Below, piece by piece: positions 28,001-40,691 of a stretch of DNA of 64,000 bases. Below the pieces are notes generated by a model. That model made no database searches, was not told where the DNA came from, and saw only the letters and a program-made list of their open reading frames with translations. The translations under genes and the position numbers were made by a program. This DNA is from Tubiluchus corallicola (Eukaryota > Animalia > Priapulida), in assembly GCA_030141605.1 (NCBI GenBank), contig JAQGDQ010000315.1:1-64000 (forward strand), read 5' to 3'. The number at the start of each line of letters is the position of its first letter. The stretch's first letter is position 1.

Positions 28001-31000
28001 CACTAAAAGTCAACACAGTGATGACAATCAGTTCACCATGACAACAATCAGTTCACTAAAAGTCAACACAGTGATGACAATAAGTTCACCATGACAACAA
28101 TCATTTCACTAAAAGTCAACACAGTGACGACAATCAGTTCACCATGACAACAATCAATTCAGTAAAAGTCAACACAGTGACGACAATCAGTTCACCATGA
28201 CAACAATCATTTCACTAAAAGTCAACACAGTGACGACAATCAGTTCACCATGACAACAATCAATTCCCTAAAAGTCAACACAGTGACGACAATCAGTTCA
28301 CCATGACAACAATCAATTCACTAAAAGTCAACACAGTGACGACAATCAGTTCACCATGACAACAATCAGTTCGCTAAAAGTCAACACAGTGACGACAATC
28401 AGTTCACCATGACAACAATCAGTTCACTAAAAGTCAACACAGTGACGACAATAAGTTCACCATGACAACAATCAATTCACTAAAAGTCAACACAGTGACG
28501 ACAATAAGTTCACCATGACAACAATCAATTCACTAAAAGTCAACACAGTGACGACAATAAGTTCACCATGACAACAATCAATTCACTAAAAGTCAACACA
28601 GTGACGACAATCAGTTCGCCATGACAACAATCATTTCACTAAAAGTCAACACAGTGACGACAATCAGTTCGCCATGACAACAATCAATTCACTAAAAGTC
28701 AACACAGTGATGACAATCAGTTCACCATGACAACAATCAATTCACTAAAAGTCAACACAGTGTCACTTACGAAAGGTAAATTCAGTTGCTAGTGACTAGT
28801 ATTTTATTACTTAATACTCACTGTTCGTGAACAAGTAGCTTTATCTTTGCACAACTTGAAGCTAAATGTTACTATTCGAAAATCCTGAAAAGAATGCAGA
28901 AAAAATTAACAATGCATACTAATAACACGACAACTGGTAAAACTTTTTAAAACTAATATTAATTATAGAAATGCAAACTTCAAAATAAAAATGTTGAACC
29001 ATTACTCCAATTAATATGAAGAGCTGAAGCAGTTGCAATGATTTTTATACACTTACTTTGCAGTAAACTTGAAAAACTTCAACAGTACTGCTAACAGTGG
29101 AACCTGGAGTCAGTTTCTTCGGTTTTCCATTAACAACTGGAAAATGACACAAGTGTGAGTTATTGAAGTACAGGTAATATTTAAATGCATTGTCAGAGCT
29201 CAGTAACCCGATCTGGCTTTACTACATCAAAATCATTACTAGAAAAATGTATGTTACTTCACAAAGTCCTTCACACCGCATTTCCATGTAAATAAACTTT
29301 CATGGAGACAAGTGGAGACAAACTATTACTCGCTAGTAACTGGAATACAGATTACAGCCAGACTAGACAAGTAAATCAAGTGCGAGGTGTAACAGTGTTT
29401 CATGGAATTCATGTAAACTGGGCAGTTACTAACCATGCACGAATACACCACCCTCTCAATCAAATAAAACCAAAATCCTCTACCAACCGAGAATTTAAGA
29501 AAGTAAAAAATGAACAATTTTACAAGTAAATACATTGTTTATCACCAGAGAATTTAAGTAAAAAATGAATAAGTCAACAAGTAAATACATTGTTTACGAC
29601 CCGAGAATTTAAGTAAAAAGCGAGCAAGTCTGCAAGTAAATGCATTGTTTATCACCCGAGAATTTAAGAAAGTAGAAAATGAACAAGTCTGCAAGAAAAT
29701 GCATTGTTATGTGCAAATTCTAAGTGTAATGAGCAGACACAATATCATCTGTCTGTTTAGCCACTTTGGTTAATCTCAATATTTACACAAAATCATGTGT
29801 TAACTAATAGTCACAAGTATTCTACATAGACAGCAACCCTATGAGTTTATTGATGCCTACAACAAAATATTGCATATCTCTGACAGTGAGTAAAAGGTAA
29901 TTAATCTCACAAATTGCCTGTTTAATAACTTGCAGTGGCTCTAAACTACATAATGAGGTCTGCAGCACAAAAGTCATATATCTGAAATGGGCCATTTTGA
30001 AATATTTGAGCCAGGTAGCAGATTTTACAGTGCTCATTTTGGTGCAAAGCTATTACATCCATTGACATTGTACTACTCCAACACATTAGTTTTTTTGTAT
30101 TTGGACATGTCCAGCTATGCAACATTATTTGAAGCACACAGCTTTCATGCCCATACATACAACATTTGCACTTCAAAATCCTTGTTTGATATAAGCACAA
30201 ATAATTGTTTATTTAAATGAATGTTTTGATTCTGCTGGGCAATTGTCAGAGTAATGTGATTGTTGATTTTCATTTGTCAGGAAAACTGGTGAAACATTCC
30301 CGTGTTGTGCAGTTTTTATTTGTAAGCGTAAATACGAATATGTGCCACGTTAGTCACTAATCCTTATCAAGAAGAAATATTACTATCATCTGCAGGTTGT
30401 GACAATAAAATAAACGCGAAATAAATAGTTTAAAATTCATGTGTGATATTAGATAATCGATAACTAATATGAAACCTGAATTCAATGAAAAAAACTATTT
30501 GCGATACACGAAAATCAGATTCTCCAGACTGGACTGTACCAAGAAAGAAATTGCCATGCCTTGAGCATAATTAGTCTAATAAAGTAACAAAATCACTGTA
30601 GACAGAGCCTAATTTAAAGTCAGTGAGTGACAGTCTCTAGTTCATGCACTTTATAATCAACTGTGAAGCAGATAGAATTTGTGTTTTTAGAAGGATTCCA
30701 AAATGTGCCTCTACATAACAACCTATCTAAAAATAACAAGACGTATGTAGCAAAAAAAAACTGCGGTGTTAACAGAAAATCATGAAAGAAGTGCAAAGCC
30801 AGACATTCAGATAAATATTGCCAAATAAGTTATTTGTCCAAAACCAATTGTATTTAACCAATAATTCTTCTTAAAAAGAATGCGAAGGTCATTTTATTAA
30901 TAAAGATTGCAGCTAGAAATATATCGAAATATATGTAACCCCTTGATTAACGAGGGGTTAACTTGATTAGATTGATGACCGAGCGGCGCAGCTCAATGGT

Positions 31001-34000
31001 AGAGTGCTTGCTTAGCACCCGGGAGGTAGTGGGTTCAACTCTCGACCGAGTCATTCCAAAAATTTGAAAAATGGTACTGTTGGTTATTCGATCAACCACG
31101 TGGGTTTATCGAAGTAACGTGCGGGTAATAATAATTGGGACCACCTTAGAAATAAGTATCGAGTTACTTAAGGTGTTATCCTTGGACTATGTCCTAAATG
31201 AAATTATTATTATTAATAAGTATTCACAGCACTGGCCAAAGTTCTTGAACATGTTACTCATTAGGGTTAATTTATAAATGACAGAAGGGAACAATACCAG
31301 CAACCTTCAAGTTGCAGTTCCCTGCAGCAAGCAGCGTGCAAAGATGGTGTATTACTACAAAAATGTCTGCTAAAAATTACAGCCACCTACTTCCAGCAAA
31401 ACCATAGCTTGGCGGTTATTTCTTTCAAGCTAAGCACAGATCAAGCACGGATCCAGCATACACTAGGGCTGAGATGGTTAGGCTTTTTAACTAACTGTTT
31501 AAATGTTATTAATCGCGGTCAGTTGATAGTTTAACCATTCCCGATGACGTCATACATTTAAGAAAATATCAAATACACGTGACTTGCACGAGTAACAGGT
31601 GTGGTTCAAATCTAGCATGCGCCAGTGAGAACACGGCAGCATCCTCGTAACGTTCACAAATGAAAACCTTTTTGCAGTTTACCATTTAGATTCTTGTTAG
31701 GCAACCAGATTAAATGAAACAATGTTGTAAATAGTACAATTTTATGCAAGCGACACATTGCTAACTGCGTCCGCCAACTCAGAAAAGATACAAGCTTTCA
31801 TTAATATTCATTAATTCATTAGGAATCTTCATCCTTAATCCAAAGCTAAACATAGAGCTACATTAGCAAAGCAAGCTTATAAGTTGATATGCATATCCAG
31901 AGCATTTAAGCTTCAATGTGGTACAAAAGTAAAATCAGTATTCAGTAGTAATAAACAAACAGTAACGCTAATCATTTTTGATGTCTATGACAGTCTGACA
32001 AGTTGCAATTCATAAAAATGTGCAACAAACCTTTGAAACATGCTGGTAGAACAAATACAGTTGAGTACATACCATGACAAATGTTATCAATATTGGTAAG
32101 TGCTATATCATCACAGCCTATAAGAAGATTTCTTTGCCCCTGATACACCTGCACAAAAAGTAAATGAAGATACTAAACTTCACAAAAGCGTGCAAAATCC
32201 AGTAAAAGGTTAAGCACATAAATACAAATAAAACAAGATTACATAAATTTGCAAAATATCATTATTCTATTAGATCAGGTGCAGTGAGAAAATTTAACAC
32301 TTTCACTAATCATTCTAAACTCATAACATTAGGTTAAATATGGCAGTAGGTGCTGTTTATTAGACTCACTCACGGTTAATAGAACCAGTTGCAAAAAATG
32401 TTTGATACGGGACACTCCTATTCAAATGCATATAAAAACTGTCGGCACTTAACTAAAAAAGCTCGGCATAATTGACTCAATTTTTTGCTTCACGTACTTA
32501 AGAAAAGACACTTGTGTATGATCAAAGAGCTTTCACTACTTTTATGTCATCTTTACTTCACTTTTGTGCACAATAATATACACAGAAACAATCATGTTAA
32601 GCACCAATTTGTTTGAAAGCAATTACGCTTATCATGCGCTAATATGTTACCTAGCAGTTTTGTTTTGAATTTGTCACCGGTTCGGCAGTTGCAATTAACT
32701 TCGTTGCCCAACAATTTATTGAAGCTAAACCTTTAGTCACATGCCTAGTAGTTTGCTTTTGAAGTGCTTGCTACTTTTCATAGAACACTTAATCAGTTAA
32801 CTGTTGCTGTTATGCCACTGATGCAGCAACTGTAATCTCCCAGTTGCTTTGCATGTTTATGAGGTTAAATACCATAGAGCAAGAGTATAGAATTAATTTT
32901 GAAAACTAAAGTAGAATATAAAGCATAAAGACTTAACGTTTAAAGCTCTTACAGACAATGCATAGAAACTGAAGAGCGATGACCTGTACTTCTATACCAG
33001 TAATACGAAACCCATCGGCTAATAGATTCAGATGGTTAATTGAGTCAAACACTTCTATCCCAAAGTGAATCTATTAAATGGCACCTACTGTATATCACAA
33101 TGAGAATCAGCCACCAGATTTTCAAGCTACACAAACACTATAGAAAGCATGCTTCAAATGCCCTGGATCTTTCTGTATAACCTCACCACAAAGTGATGTA
33201 AACTCATTGACAACTTTTTTTGTTTGACAGCAATTTCTGTTTGATCCACACTATACACATGACCAATAATGTCAGAAGAGAAAAAGCCAGCTGTTTCAAA
33301 TTTGGATTTGACATTATAATAAAACTGCAAAAAACTTTGAGGTATCACAATTTTACATGATGACACGCCTACAGTTTTGACAAGTAACAAAATTTGGGCA
33401 AAATCATAATATGTCGACACCCTTACCGTGCTCTGGTCAGCAGTATGTGTCAAGCTCGGACTGACAAAACAAAGTCTAAAATTTGTGATGACCAATGCCC
33501 CAGGCAAACCACTTCCACAGTCTTGACCTGTCAGTGCATTGAATCGAAGAATGCTTTTTGCTCCAGCTATCATAAGTTCTCCTACAAGTGCAAGTTTATT
33601 ACTAACATAAGCAACGAAATATGATTTTGCTATATGAACTTATCAGCGTGTGGCAACTGACATGCAGTCATAGATGCAGAATATAAAAATGTATAAAATT
33701 ATACAACAAATAAATGCAAGTCCATAAAACCATTTATGTCAAACTGAATAATTATATCACATTAACCCTTTCACTACGGAAGGTGGTAGACTGATGCCCA
33801 TGCTCAGCACTAAGCACAGTCACCCAGGTCTGTTTATTTCACTGCTACAGCCATGTAAAACATTGTAGAAAAGTTTAACAGCCGTGGGATTGGCGTTGCT
33901 TCGCAAAAAGTAACCCTAAACAACCAATCAGCGTCTGAAGCCAGGTGCATTCCACAATACTGTACTGCACAGTATGTTCCTATGCAAAAGCACTTATAGA

Positions 34001-36709
34001 TCGTTAACGAGACGTATGTTTAGTTGACTGTTCTGCATATTTATAAAATGATTGCATATTATGGATTAGTATTGTGCCTTGTGTGAAAGCTGCTTTCTAA
34101 ATATAAGTATGCACTTATTTATGAGTGTGTGCACTGCACGTTTGTGTATGTGCGTGAATGCATATATGTGAGCTTGTATGTGTGTACATGTGTAGAAATA
34201 AAACTAATACTTAATATTAGTACTCAATAACGAACAACTATTTGTTTATTTACAAGATTCTGTTTTAGTTACACAACACAAGTAGTTTTTGTCAAATGCG
34301 CAAAGTCAATGTGGCCCACTTAAAATGCAACTACGTAGTGAAAGGGTTACGATACTAACCTGGAAGCAGCCTTAGACTCAAAACATTATCAGTTTCTTCA
34401 GAGATAGAGGAAACCATAACTTCTTCTGCAGCCTGCAACAAACAAACAAATAAACAAACAACATTTCTAAGTACAAAAAGTACTATCATAACATTTCAGT
34501 ACATAAATGAAACAAAGAGAATACACATCACAGCACTCATATAAAAAAGCAACATGCTGCCTCTGCCTAAAATGTTTGATACACCGCAAGCCAGTACCTT
34601 GCATTCAATGGCATATTCGCTTTCTGCAATCAGTAAAAAATGCAGCTGTCACAAATCTGACATGTAGAAAAAAACTGCTATCAGATTTATTTTATTCATG
34701 TATGTACGTGCACCACCTAGTCTAAAGCTACCTGAACCCGGAAGAGATTTGTCAGTCATTAATAAAGCAAGTGAGAAGCCCTTCAGGGTGAGTTTTATAT
34801 TAAGTCCACAGAAATAATTAGAAACTAACCCACTAGTATGCAGGGGAACACACTTTTTAAATGCTGTTATATTTCGGTTTGCCGGACCTCACTTTTATGG
34901 ATATCGGAAGATTCAGACAAAATCTGGACAATTAAATGTCCCACATACTACGGACACGGTCCATTGTTTCGTGAGCCGACCGCTAGTTGGCGAACCGTCA
35001 CTTTGTTTACATCATTACGTTAGTGTAACTACGTGTATATCTCTGAGTATAAAAATATAGAATCAATTATGTGAAGTTATTTGAGCCAATTACAGACAGT
35101 TTTATATACTTTTGCATAGGAGCAGCCCGTACTAGATATTTTTGAGACATTTAGGTGATTGATTCTACATTGCCGTGGGTCTAACACATGGAGCCTTCTG
35201 CATTAGCTTTGTATCGGCAAATACGGACAATTGGCAAATTCGAACCGACATCAGCAGCTGCGTAATAAACCAAGTTCGGCACAGACGCATGTTCTTGCAT
35301 TTATTTCTCGGTGAATGCACTGTGTGTTTGTGAGTATTTATTGAAACATGACCCCACCCTAAGATCAAATGTTACTTAGTTTGCCTCAAAATAACTAATT
35401 GTTGACTGACTCCATTTGTATTGAATAATCTATTCAGAAAATGCCCAGCACTAATGACAGTTACCAACATACTGCAACACAACTCTATATGAAACCACCC
35501 AATTATCATAATTAAGCAATCAGCAGTGAATTTAATATGCAAGGTTTACACACTCACAAATAAAAACATTGTCCGCATTTATTGCAAAAAATAGTCTATC
35601 AGGGCCTTGTAAAACTGACAGTGGAAATCTGAGCAGTAAAGTCAAAAATTTTCTGCTTTGCCATTTTAACAAAAGGGCAGAATCAGTAAATTACTGGCAA
35701 GCAAATTCCTCAGGAAACAAGACAATTTGCACACATGTCACATGCATAAACACCCTGTAACATTTATTCCAAAATTTCCCGATTGTTTTACACCCTCGGT
35801 GGTGCAGCAACAAGGAAAAAGTGCACGAATTCATTGTATTGACAATGTTTCTGCGTGTCCGAGATATGCAGAGCCAATACAATGGTTTTTGCATAAATTA
35901 TTCACTTAAAATATACAAAATCAGAGATATAAAAAATGTTGCAATTGCTTTAACCATTAAGATATATACAAACAAATCCGTTCTACCAAATTTGACTAAA
36001 ATGAACGATATTCTGAATTACACAGAAATGAATTATGGACAGCCTACGGTATTTTAAAATTACAATATTCGCCTCATTGGAAAAAGGACACACAAAAAAT
36101 TGTTTTCTGTAAAAAATAGTTGAATAAGAACAAGAGACTTGTTGGCCTACAACATTTGAAAAATCCAGATGCAAAGATCACTACTTACTGTTCATGGCAA
36201 ATGGTTAAAAAATTTGCAATTGATTTTTTCAGCTTTTTGTGAAAGACTAACCCCAGTAGTCGTAGCATATGTAGATTTATCACCTACAGTTAAGTAAACC
36301 CAAGCACAGGTCAGTAAATGGATGAGTGACTGCACAAAAACCATCTGTGTTACTATCACTGGCCAGATTACTCTGGCTACTTATACTAGTTATAGGGCCT
36401 ATGATTTTCCCCAAAAAGACATTTTATCTTATCTCAGCTTTACTTTAGTTTACTTAAACTAGGCATCAGGCAGTATCTTTAAACAGTACAAGCAAGAAAA
36501 AAATGTAAATGGCTTTTTGTTGCTTTTCTGCTGTGTTCTTTTTTTAGAACGTTCGTACAAAACGCAACATTACAAACTTAAATCCTTACATCAGGCTGAT
36601 TGCTTGCAGAAGATGAGGAGTGTGTGCTATCATTCATTCCCAAGTAGGAAGTAAATGACATTCTGTTCGGGTTGTCTTTCTTTTTCTTTTTTCCTTTTGG
36701 CATGTTCAT
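16037..36709 (-). CDS. MTMR10: Myotubularin-related protein of the MTMR10/11/12 subgroup (catalytically inactive), about 733 aa
   Basis: There are 14 GT-AG exons with consistent phases, 2202 nt in total: 36590-36709, 34360-34432, 33427-33581, 32073-32148, 29057-29136, 28822-28884, 26436-26517, 25217-25337, 24504-24591, 22285-22376, 21282-21412, 18203-18352, 17201-17373, 16037-16834. Motifs include SFTSYL, LLPGE, GALVITNFRLCF, CKDFRIVTFSF, LWCW, LVQLFLDP..RTLHGFQCLIQREW, PLFLLFLDCVWQ, FEFTETYL and LWKQCYMRW. The active-site loop reads VVLQEPCDCDFN instead of HCSDGWDRT. Confidence 0.93.
18489..19107. mobile_element. TIR element containing four 96-bp tandem repeats built on a tRNA-like unit
   Basis: Inverted ends of about 34 bp: TCATTAATTAGTTATGACTGAGATTGCCAGAATT versus the reverse complement of 19074-19107, with 3 mismatches. 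The 96-bp units start at about 18628, 18724, 18820 and 18916. Confidence 0.85.
18607..18678 (-). pseudogene. tRNA-like (pseudo-tRNA / SINE-head) sequence
   Basis: The minus strand folds by hand into a 72-nt cloverleaf: GGGCTGG TA GTTG AGTTGGTG CAGC A TGGGA TAACTAA TCCCA GGTG TTGGG TTCAAAT CCAGA CTAGTCC A. It has A-box and B-box-like motifs. The anticodon loop is non-canonical. Confidence 0.7.
20131..20742 (+). mobile_element. TTAA-flanked MITE (Kolobok-like family A)
   Basis: Highly similar to 22399-23003 (the spurious ORFs at 20466 and 22702 are near-identical). It ends ...GTTTTGCT followed by TTAA. Confidence 0.85.
21682..22084. mobile_element. hAT-Ac-type MITE
   Basis: TIRs TAGGGGTGAGCAT ... 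ATGCTCACCCCTA with subterminal TCGAA repeats. No TSD recognisable. Confidence 0.75.
22399..23003 (+). mobile_element. TTAA-flanked MITE (Kolobok-like family A)
   Basis: Starts TTAA|AGGAAGATAGG and is homologous to 20131-20742. Confidence 0.85.
23400..24316 (+). mobile_element. Tigger-like MITE family C, copy 1
   Basis: TA|CAGTAGCCATCGCTTAATAGACTCAC ... GTGAGTCTAATAAACGGC. Inverted homologues are at 32344-33090 and about 47660-48372, with a fragment at about 35040-35200. Confidence 0.8.
26670..28762. repeat. 53-bp minisatellite, about 39 copies, in an MTMR10 intron
   Basis: Unit CAGTTCACCATGACAACAATCAATTCACTAAAAGTCAACACAGTGATGACAAT. Confidence 0.98.
29489..29708. repeat. Four imperfect tandem repeats of about 55-60 bp
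   Basis: Recurrent GAGAATTTAAG...AAGTAAAT(A/G)CATTGTT. Confidence 0.85.
30977..31220 (+). mobile_element. tRNA-derived SINE
   Basis: A-box-like GCAGCTCAATGGTAGAG (about 30988) and B-box GGTTCAACTC (31032), followed by GACCGAGTCATTCCAAAA...AAAAATGGTAC and a (TTA)n-like tail near 31203-31216. Confidence 0.7.
32344..33090 (-). mobile_element. Tigger-like MITE family C, copy 2
   Basis: CAGTAGGTGCTGTTTATTAGACTCAC ... GTGAATCTATTAAATGGCACCTACTG|TA. The interior is inverted relative to 23400-24316. Confidence 0.8.
33766..34346. mobile_element. piggyBac-like MITE
   Basis: TTAA|CCCTTTCACTACG ... CGTAGTGAAAGGG|TTAC: a perfect 13-bp TIR and a TTAA TSD with one change. Confidence 0.85.
36255..36380 (+). 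mobile_element. Degenerate 5S rRNA-related (SINE3-like) fragment
   Basis: ATCACCTACAGTTAAGTAAACCCAAGCACAGGTCAGTAAATGGATGAGTGAC resembles the 5S internal promoter region (AGYTAAGCA...GGTTAGTACTTGGATGGGWGACC). A weaker match lies at about 48440-48475. Confidence 0.45.
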
Positions 36710-38184
36710 ATTCAAAATGATCTATGAAGAAATTTCTATAATTATAAAAGTAACGAAAACAAGAATATCGAATTCACAGTAGTAAAATCACTGCAGTGCA
36801 CACGCAGAAGTGATTAGCAATGGCAAGGCCAGTTGTAGTGCCATCTATGAGACGAGAACAAAACAATTTTACTGTATCGACCACGAATAATGATTACAAT
36901 TCTCATGACAATTTTTCTCTTAAAAACAGCCGTTTCGCTTTACTTGCTGTTTTATTTATTTTTTTGCTTTTTTACTTCCCGATTTAATCTTGTTTAAAAA
37001 TGTCAAAGACAAAGCACTACAACCTATATAATAAGTATTGGCTTATTGGACAAACCAGCTAGTGTGCAATTAAAATTATTGTAATACTGAAATTTTGGGA
37101 AAACGCTACCTCCACATACGCTTGCTGTTATGAGAACTCGTTTCACTCAGCTACATTTGCATGCCTATGGTGTCCTGATCATCTTGCATAAGACTTGTTT
37201 CTTCTCTTTGTAGGGGGTAAAATAGAGTAAAGCGACTCTTCTTATATTGAAATTGACTCGATCGTTGTCGGGAAATCGCATATATTTCCCGAAGATAAAT
37301 TTAATTTTATGTATCTATAAAATCCCCCCTAAATTCTCTAGCATTTTTTCTTACTTAGTGAATTTTCCTTTAACTACAGTCTTATAATATAGCCTTGAAT
37401 GTCAAACTTAGATTTGCCCTTAGAATAGGTCTGTAGGTAGTTTCAGACCATACAAGTATGCATGTATGCATTGCATGAAGCCCTCCATTTAGATTAATTC
37501 ATGAAGGAAAAGTTTATATAAGGCCACTCGACGTGAGCAACGAGGACGACTCTCTTAGCTTTTGCTGGCTAATAGAGCAAGTCCCCTTATATAGGCCTAT
37601 AAACCTAAATTATAGTTAACATTATGGTGCACCTAAACTGAATTTATATTGTGCTTATAAGGTGATTATTGTGCTTTAGTGCATTGTGCTACTTGAGATA
37701 ATTATGCTATTCATGTAAGTGGTAGTATGTAAGCAGACATTTATTAAACTAACGCTTATTATTTGTGAAATTGTTCATTGAATGAAATAATGATGTGTTC
37801 CTTGAATGAAATAATGATGTATTTTATTGTGGCCACATTTTAATCTAATCTTGCTTTTTATTGTTTCTCTATGATCTTTTGAATTAGGAAGTACGAATGA
37901 CTAAATGAAAATGACTAAATGTTCAAAGTAGTGAGACACAAACAATTAAAGAAATACATATCGAGATTTACTTTAAAAATGGATAATCGCATAATCCTAT
38001 ATTAATCACAATCATAAAAAGATTTCTGACAGTTTCAGTCCTGTTACAAATAGATTACCAGGTTAACGTACCGCAGGTTTCTCCCCTGAGTTTTATTAAC
38101 GTAAAAATCACATACTATAAAACAAATTTTCGATAATCGTCTGAAAATCATCTTGATTAGTAGGAATATAATTATTACAAACAG

Positions 38185-40260
38185 TAAGCTATCCCTACAC
38201 TTGTCGGTCACCTTACAGTCATTACAGTGACGCAGTGATTACACGGCGCCCTCACTACCAATTAGCAACTGGCAGGTTGGCACTCTTCTGTAGGTGCGAG
38301 GCCCAGTACATAACTTCTTTCACTTACTTCTTTGTTTGTTGCTTTCTAAATTCCATGATTTCCATCGCAACGTACTTTATTATTCTCAGTAGTTGCACAT
38401 TCGTCTGCACAAAATCTTGGGCTCTGTCTCCTCTTTTGTTTAAAAGAATTAAACCGTCACACACAAATAGATACTCTGTTGTGTCAGCTTCATTCCTAGT
38501 AGTAGTAGTAGTAGTAGTAAAATCTTTATTTGCCATTTTAAAACATTGACCATCATAATACAAGACAGACAATCAGTGTTAGTTCATATGAAATTAAACA
38601 TACACTGTTCTGGGCAAATGCGTCTGGTGCAAGCTAAACTATAAGTGCAACTAGAATTTCAAAAAATAAAATATAAACTAGTTTAGTACGGTCTGGGAAA
38701 AATGAAATTATGATTTGAGTAGGTGTCATCGTGTTCGTATGTCGGATATTCAAAACGTGTCATTAAATGTTTTTTTAATTTAAACTTGAATATTGTTAAA
38801 GAGCTGCTGTGTTTTAGTGATGTCGGTAATGAATTCCAAAGTTGTATAGCTTGTTTAGTAATGGAATACTTTCCATATTGGTTGTTCGTTCTGATGTTTC
38901 TTAAATTTAGTGTTCTGTTATTCATACTGGGGTTTTTAAGAAGTGGGAGCTTATTGTTTTCAAAGGGAGCATTAATATTGTTGATATATTTATAGAGAAA
39001 CAGGAGAGTTTGATAATCTCTGTGGGCTTCTAGTATCGGGATTTTCATGGAGTTTCTTAAAGAGGTGGCAGAATATTTACTTGTATTGTGAGATGATTTC
39101 AAAGAATGGCCATTAACTAATCGTAAAGCGTAGTTTTGAAGTACATTTAACTTGATGTATGATTCTCTTTTCACTTTTTGGTATAGTATGCAGGCATATA
39201 AATAATGGGGCAAAATTAAAGTTTTGTAAATTAGAATTTTTGTTTGTTTTGATAGTTGTCCTCTGATTTGTCGAAGGTACGAAGTACTTAATGCCATTTT
39301 TTTATAAATGTTGATAAACTGCTCTTCCCATGTAAGCATGTTGTCCAACTTAACGCCTAAGAAATTAACAACTTTTGACTGCACGATAACATCATTTTCT
39401 ATTTGCAAGGATATAGCAGCTGTATTTTCAGTATTGTTAATTGTTGGGGATAATACCATAAATTCTGTTTTGTCACTATTCATTTTTAGCTTGTAATAAT
39501 TAAATGCCATGTTGATATTCTTTATGTCTTTTTCTAAGTACTGTTTTGCAATGCTGATATTATCGTGAGCTAGATAAATAGTCGTATCGTCTGCATATTG
39601 CGTAATACTTGAATGTTGTAGAACGTTAGAAATATTGTTGATGTAAAGGTTAAACAGTAGAGGTCCCAACAGTGTGCCCTGTGGGATACCTCGTTGAAGG
39701 TTAGCCCAATCTGAGAATGTTGTAGAGTTTATTTTAACCCGCTGCTTTCTATTTCGTAGGTAATCATTAATTAATTTTAAAGCTGATTGTTCAAATCCAA
39801 GTTCTTTCAAATTATCTAATAATAGTGTGTGATTTAAACTGTCGAAAGCTTTACTTAAATCTAGAAAAGCTGCTGCCACATATTTGTTTTTATCAAGATT
39901 ATCTCAATTTATCCTATGCAAGGGACACATCTTATCATTTTTATTTGACCTTTAATTGTAATTTGTTTTTTTTTTACTTCTAATATGTTTAATCTAATTT
40001 TCATCACGCACTTGCCTCCTTGGTTCCGCATTTCCGTATGCTGTTTTCCAAGTGTTGTTTTCTTCAGGAGCCTTGATTTGGTCATAATAATTACATTTCT
40101 ATTTTTTGTTTGAACTTTTCTGCTATTCTTTCTTTGATCTTTCCTTTACCATTTTGCTCTTCCAACTGTTCTATCTCATATTTTTATTTAATGAAACAAA
40201 GCTACAAGTATAATAAAATTTCACAAAATAGAATGAGCATCATCTATTATAGACTTGTTA
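38185..40260 (-). mobile_element. Old LINE 3' remnant (ORF2 C-terminal zinc-knuckle region and 3' UTR), split by a younger LINE
   Basis: Joining the sequence from 39912 upward to the sequence from 38498 downward restores NDKMCPLHR|NEADTTEYLFVCD, a degenerate CxxC-DTTEH-C motif. The ORF continues to a stop at 38324, followed by a structured 3' UTR. Outer boundaries are approximate. Confidence 0.65.
38498..39911 (-). mobile_element. 5'-truncated CR1/L2-group LINE with an intact RT-to-C-terminus reading frame
   Basis: ORF 38683-39879 has FLDLSKAFD, GIPQGTLLGPLLF, YADDT and FLGVKLD. On the minus strand, AATAAA (38525-38530) precedes a (TAC)n tail. A TCCTA duplication flanks both ends. Confidence 0.95.
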
Positions 40261-40529
40261 ACTATCTCTTCATCATAACAATTTTATGTCCATTACTGAT
40301 ATAATTGTAGAACCGACTTTGGGCAGGATTTGCAGAACTAATAACTAAATCGAATAACAAAGGAAGCAAAGTCATCCAGAATAAGTATAGCAAATCTTGA
40401 AGCAACAGAATCTAATGCTTAGGGAGAATTCTGAAAATAGTTATCCCACCCGGCGCCCACTCCCAGCACACTGCCCAATTTTTGATGTCTCGTTCGCGAT
40501 TGCCTTGCTGCGCTTAGTTTTCTCGGCAA

Positions 40530-40640
40530 ACAGAAGATGGCGAAGGCGCAACATGAGGCTTAGGCATTAAAACACCAGGCGGGAAACGTTTCACTTCTTG
40601 ATTTGCAGGGTTTCACTAGTTTGTGATTTATGGTTTGAAG
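40530..40640 (+). promoter_or_regulatory. Putative DSN1 core promoter / 5' UTR with cell-cycle motifs
   Basis: A CpG-richer island holds a YY1-like AAGATGGCG (40534), an E2F-like GGCGGGAAA (40578) and a CHR-like TTTGAA (40634), just upstream of the ATG at 40692. Confidence 0.5.
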
Positions 40641-40691
40641 AAAGAAACTAATTAGTCTACTCTGCTTAGGCCATTGTTTGTGAGAGTTAAA

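Noticed and set aside
26670-28762. CRISPR-like appearance of the regular arrays (also 51697-54573 and 18628-19017)
   Set aside because: The units are contiguous with no unique spacers, the context is eukaryotic, and there are no cas genes.
38328-38480. Candidate first exon of MTMR10 (good GTAAGT donor at 38327)
   Set aside because: The sequence is the ORF2 C-terminus of the old LINE and has a stop in the MTMR10 frame. It could at most be an exonised UTR, which the sequence alone cannot support.
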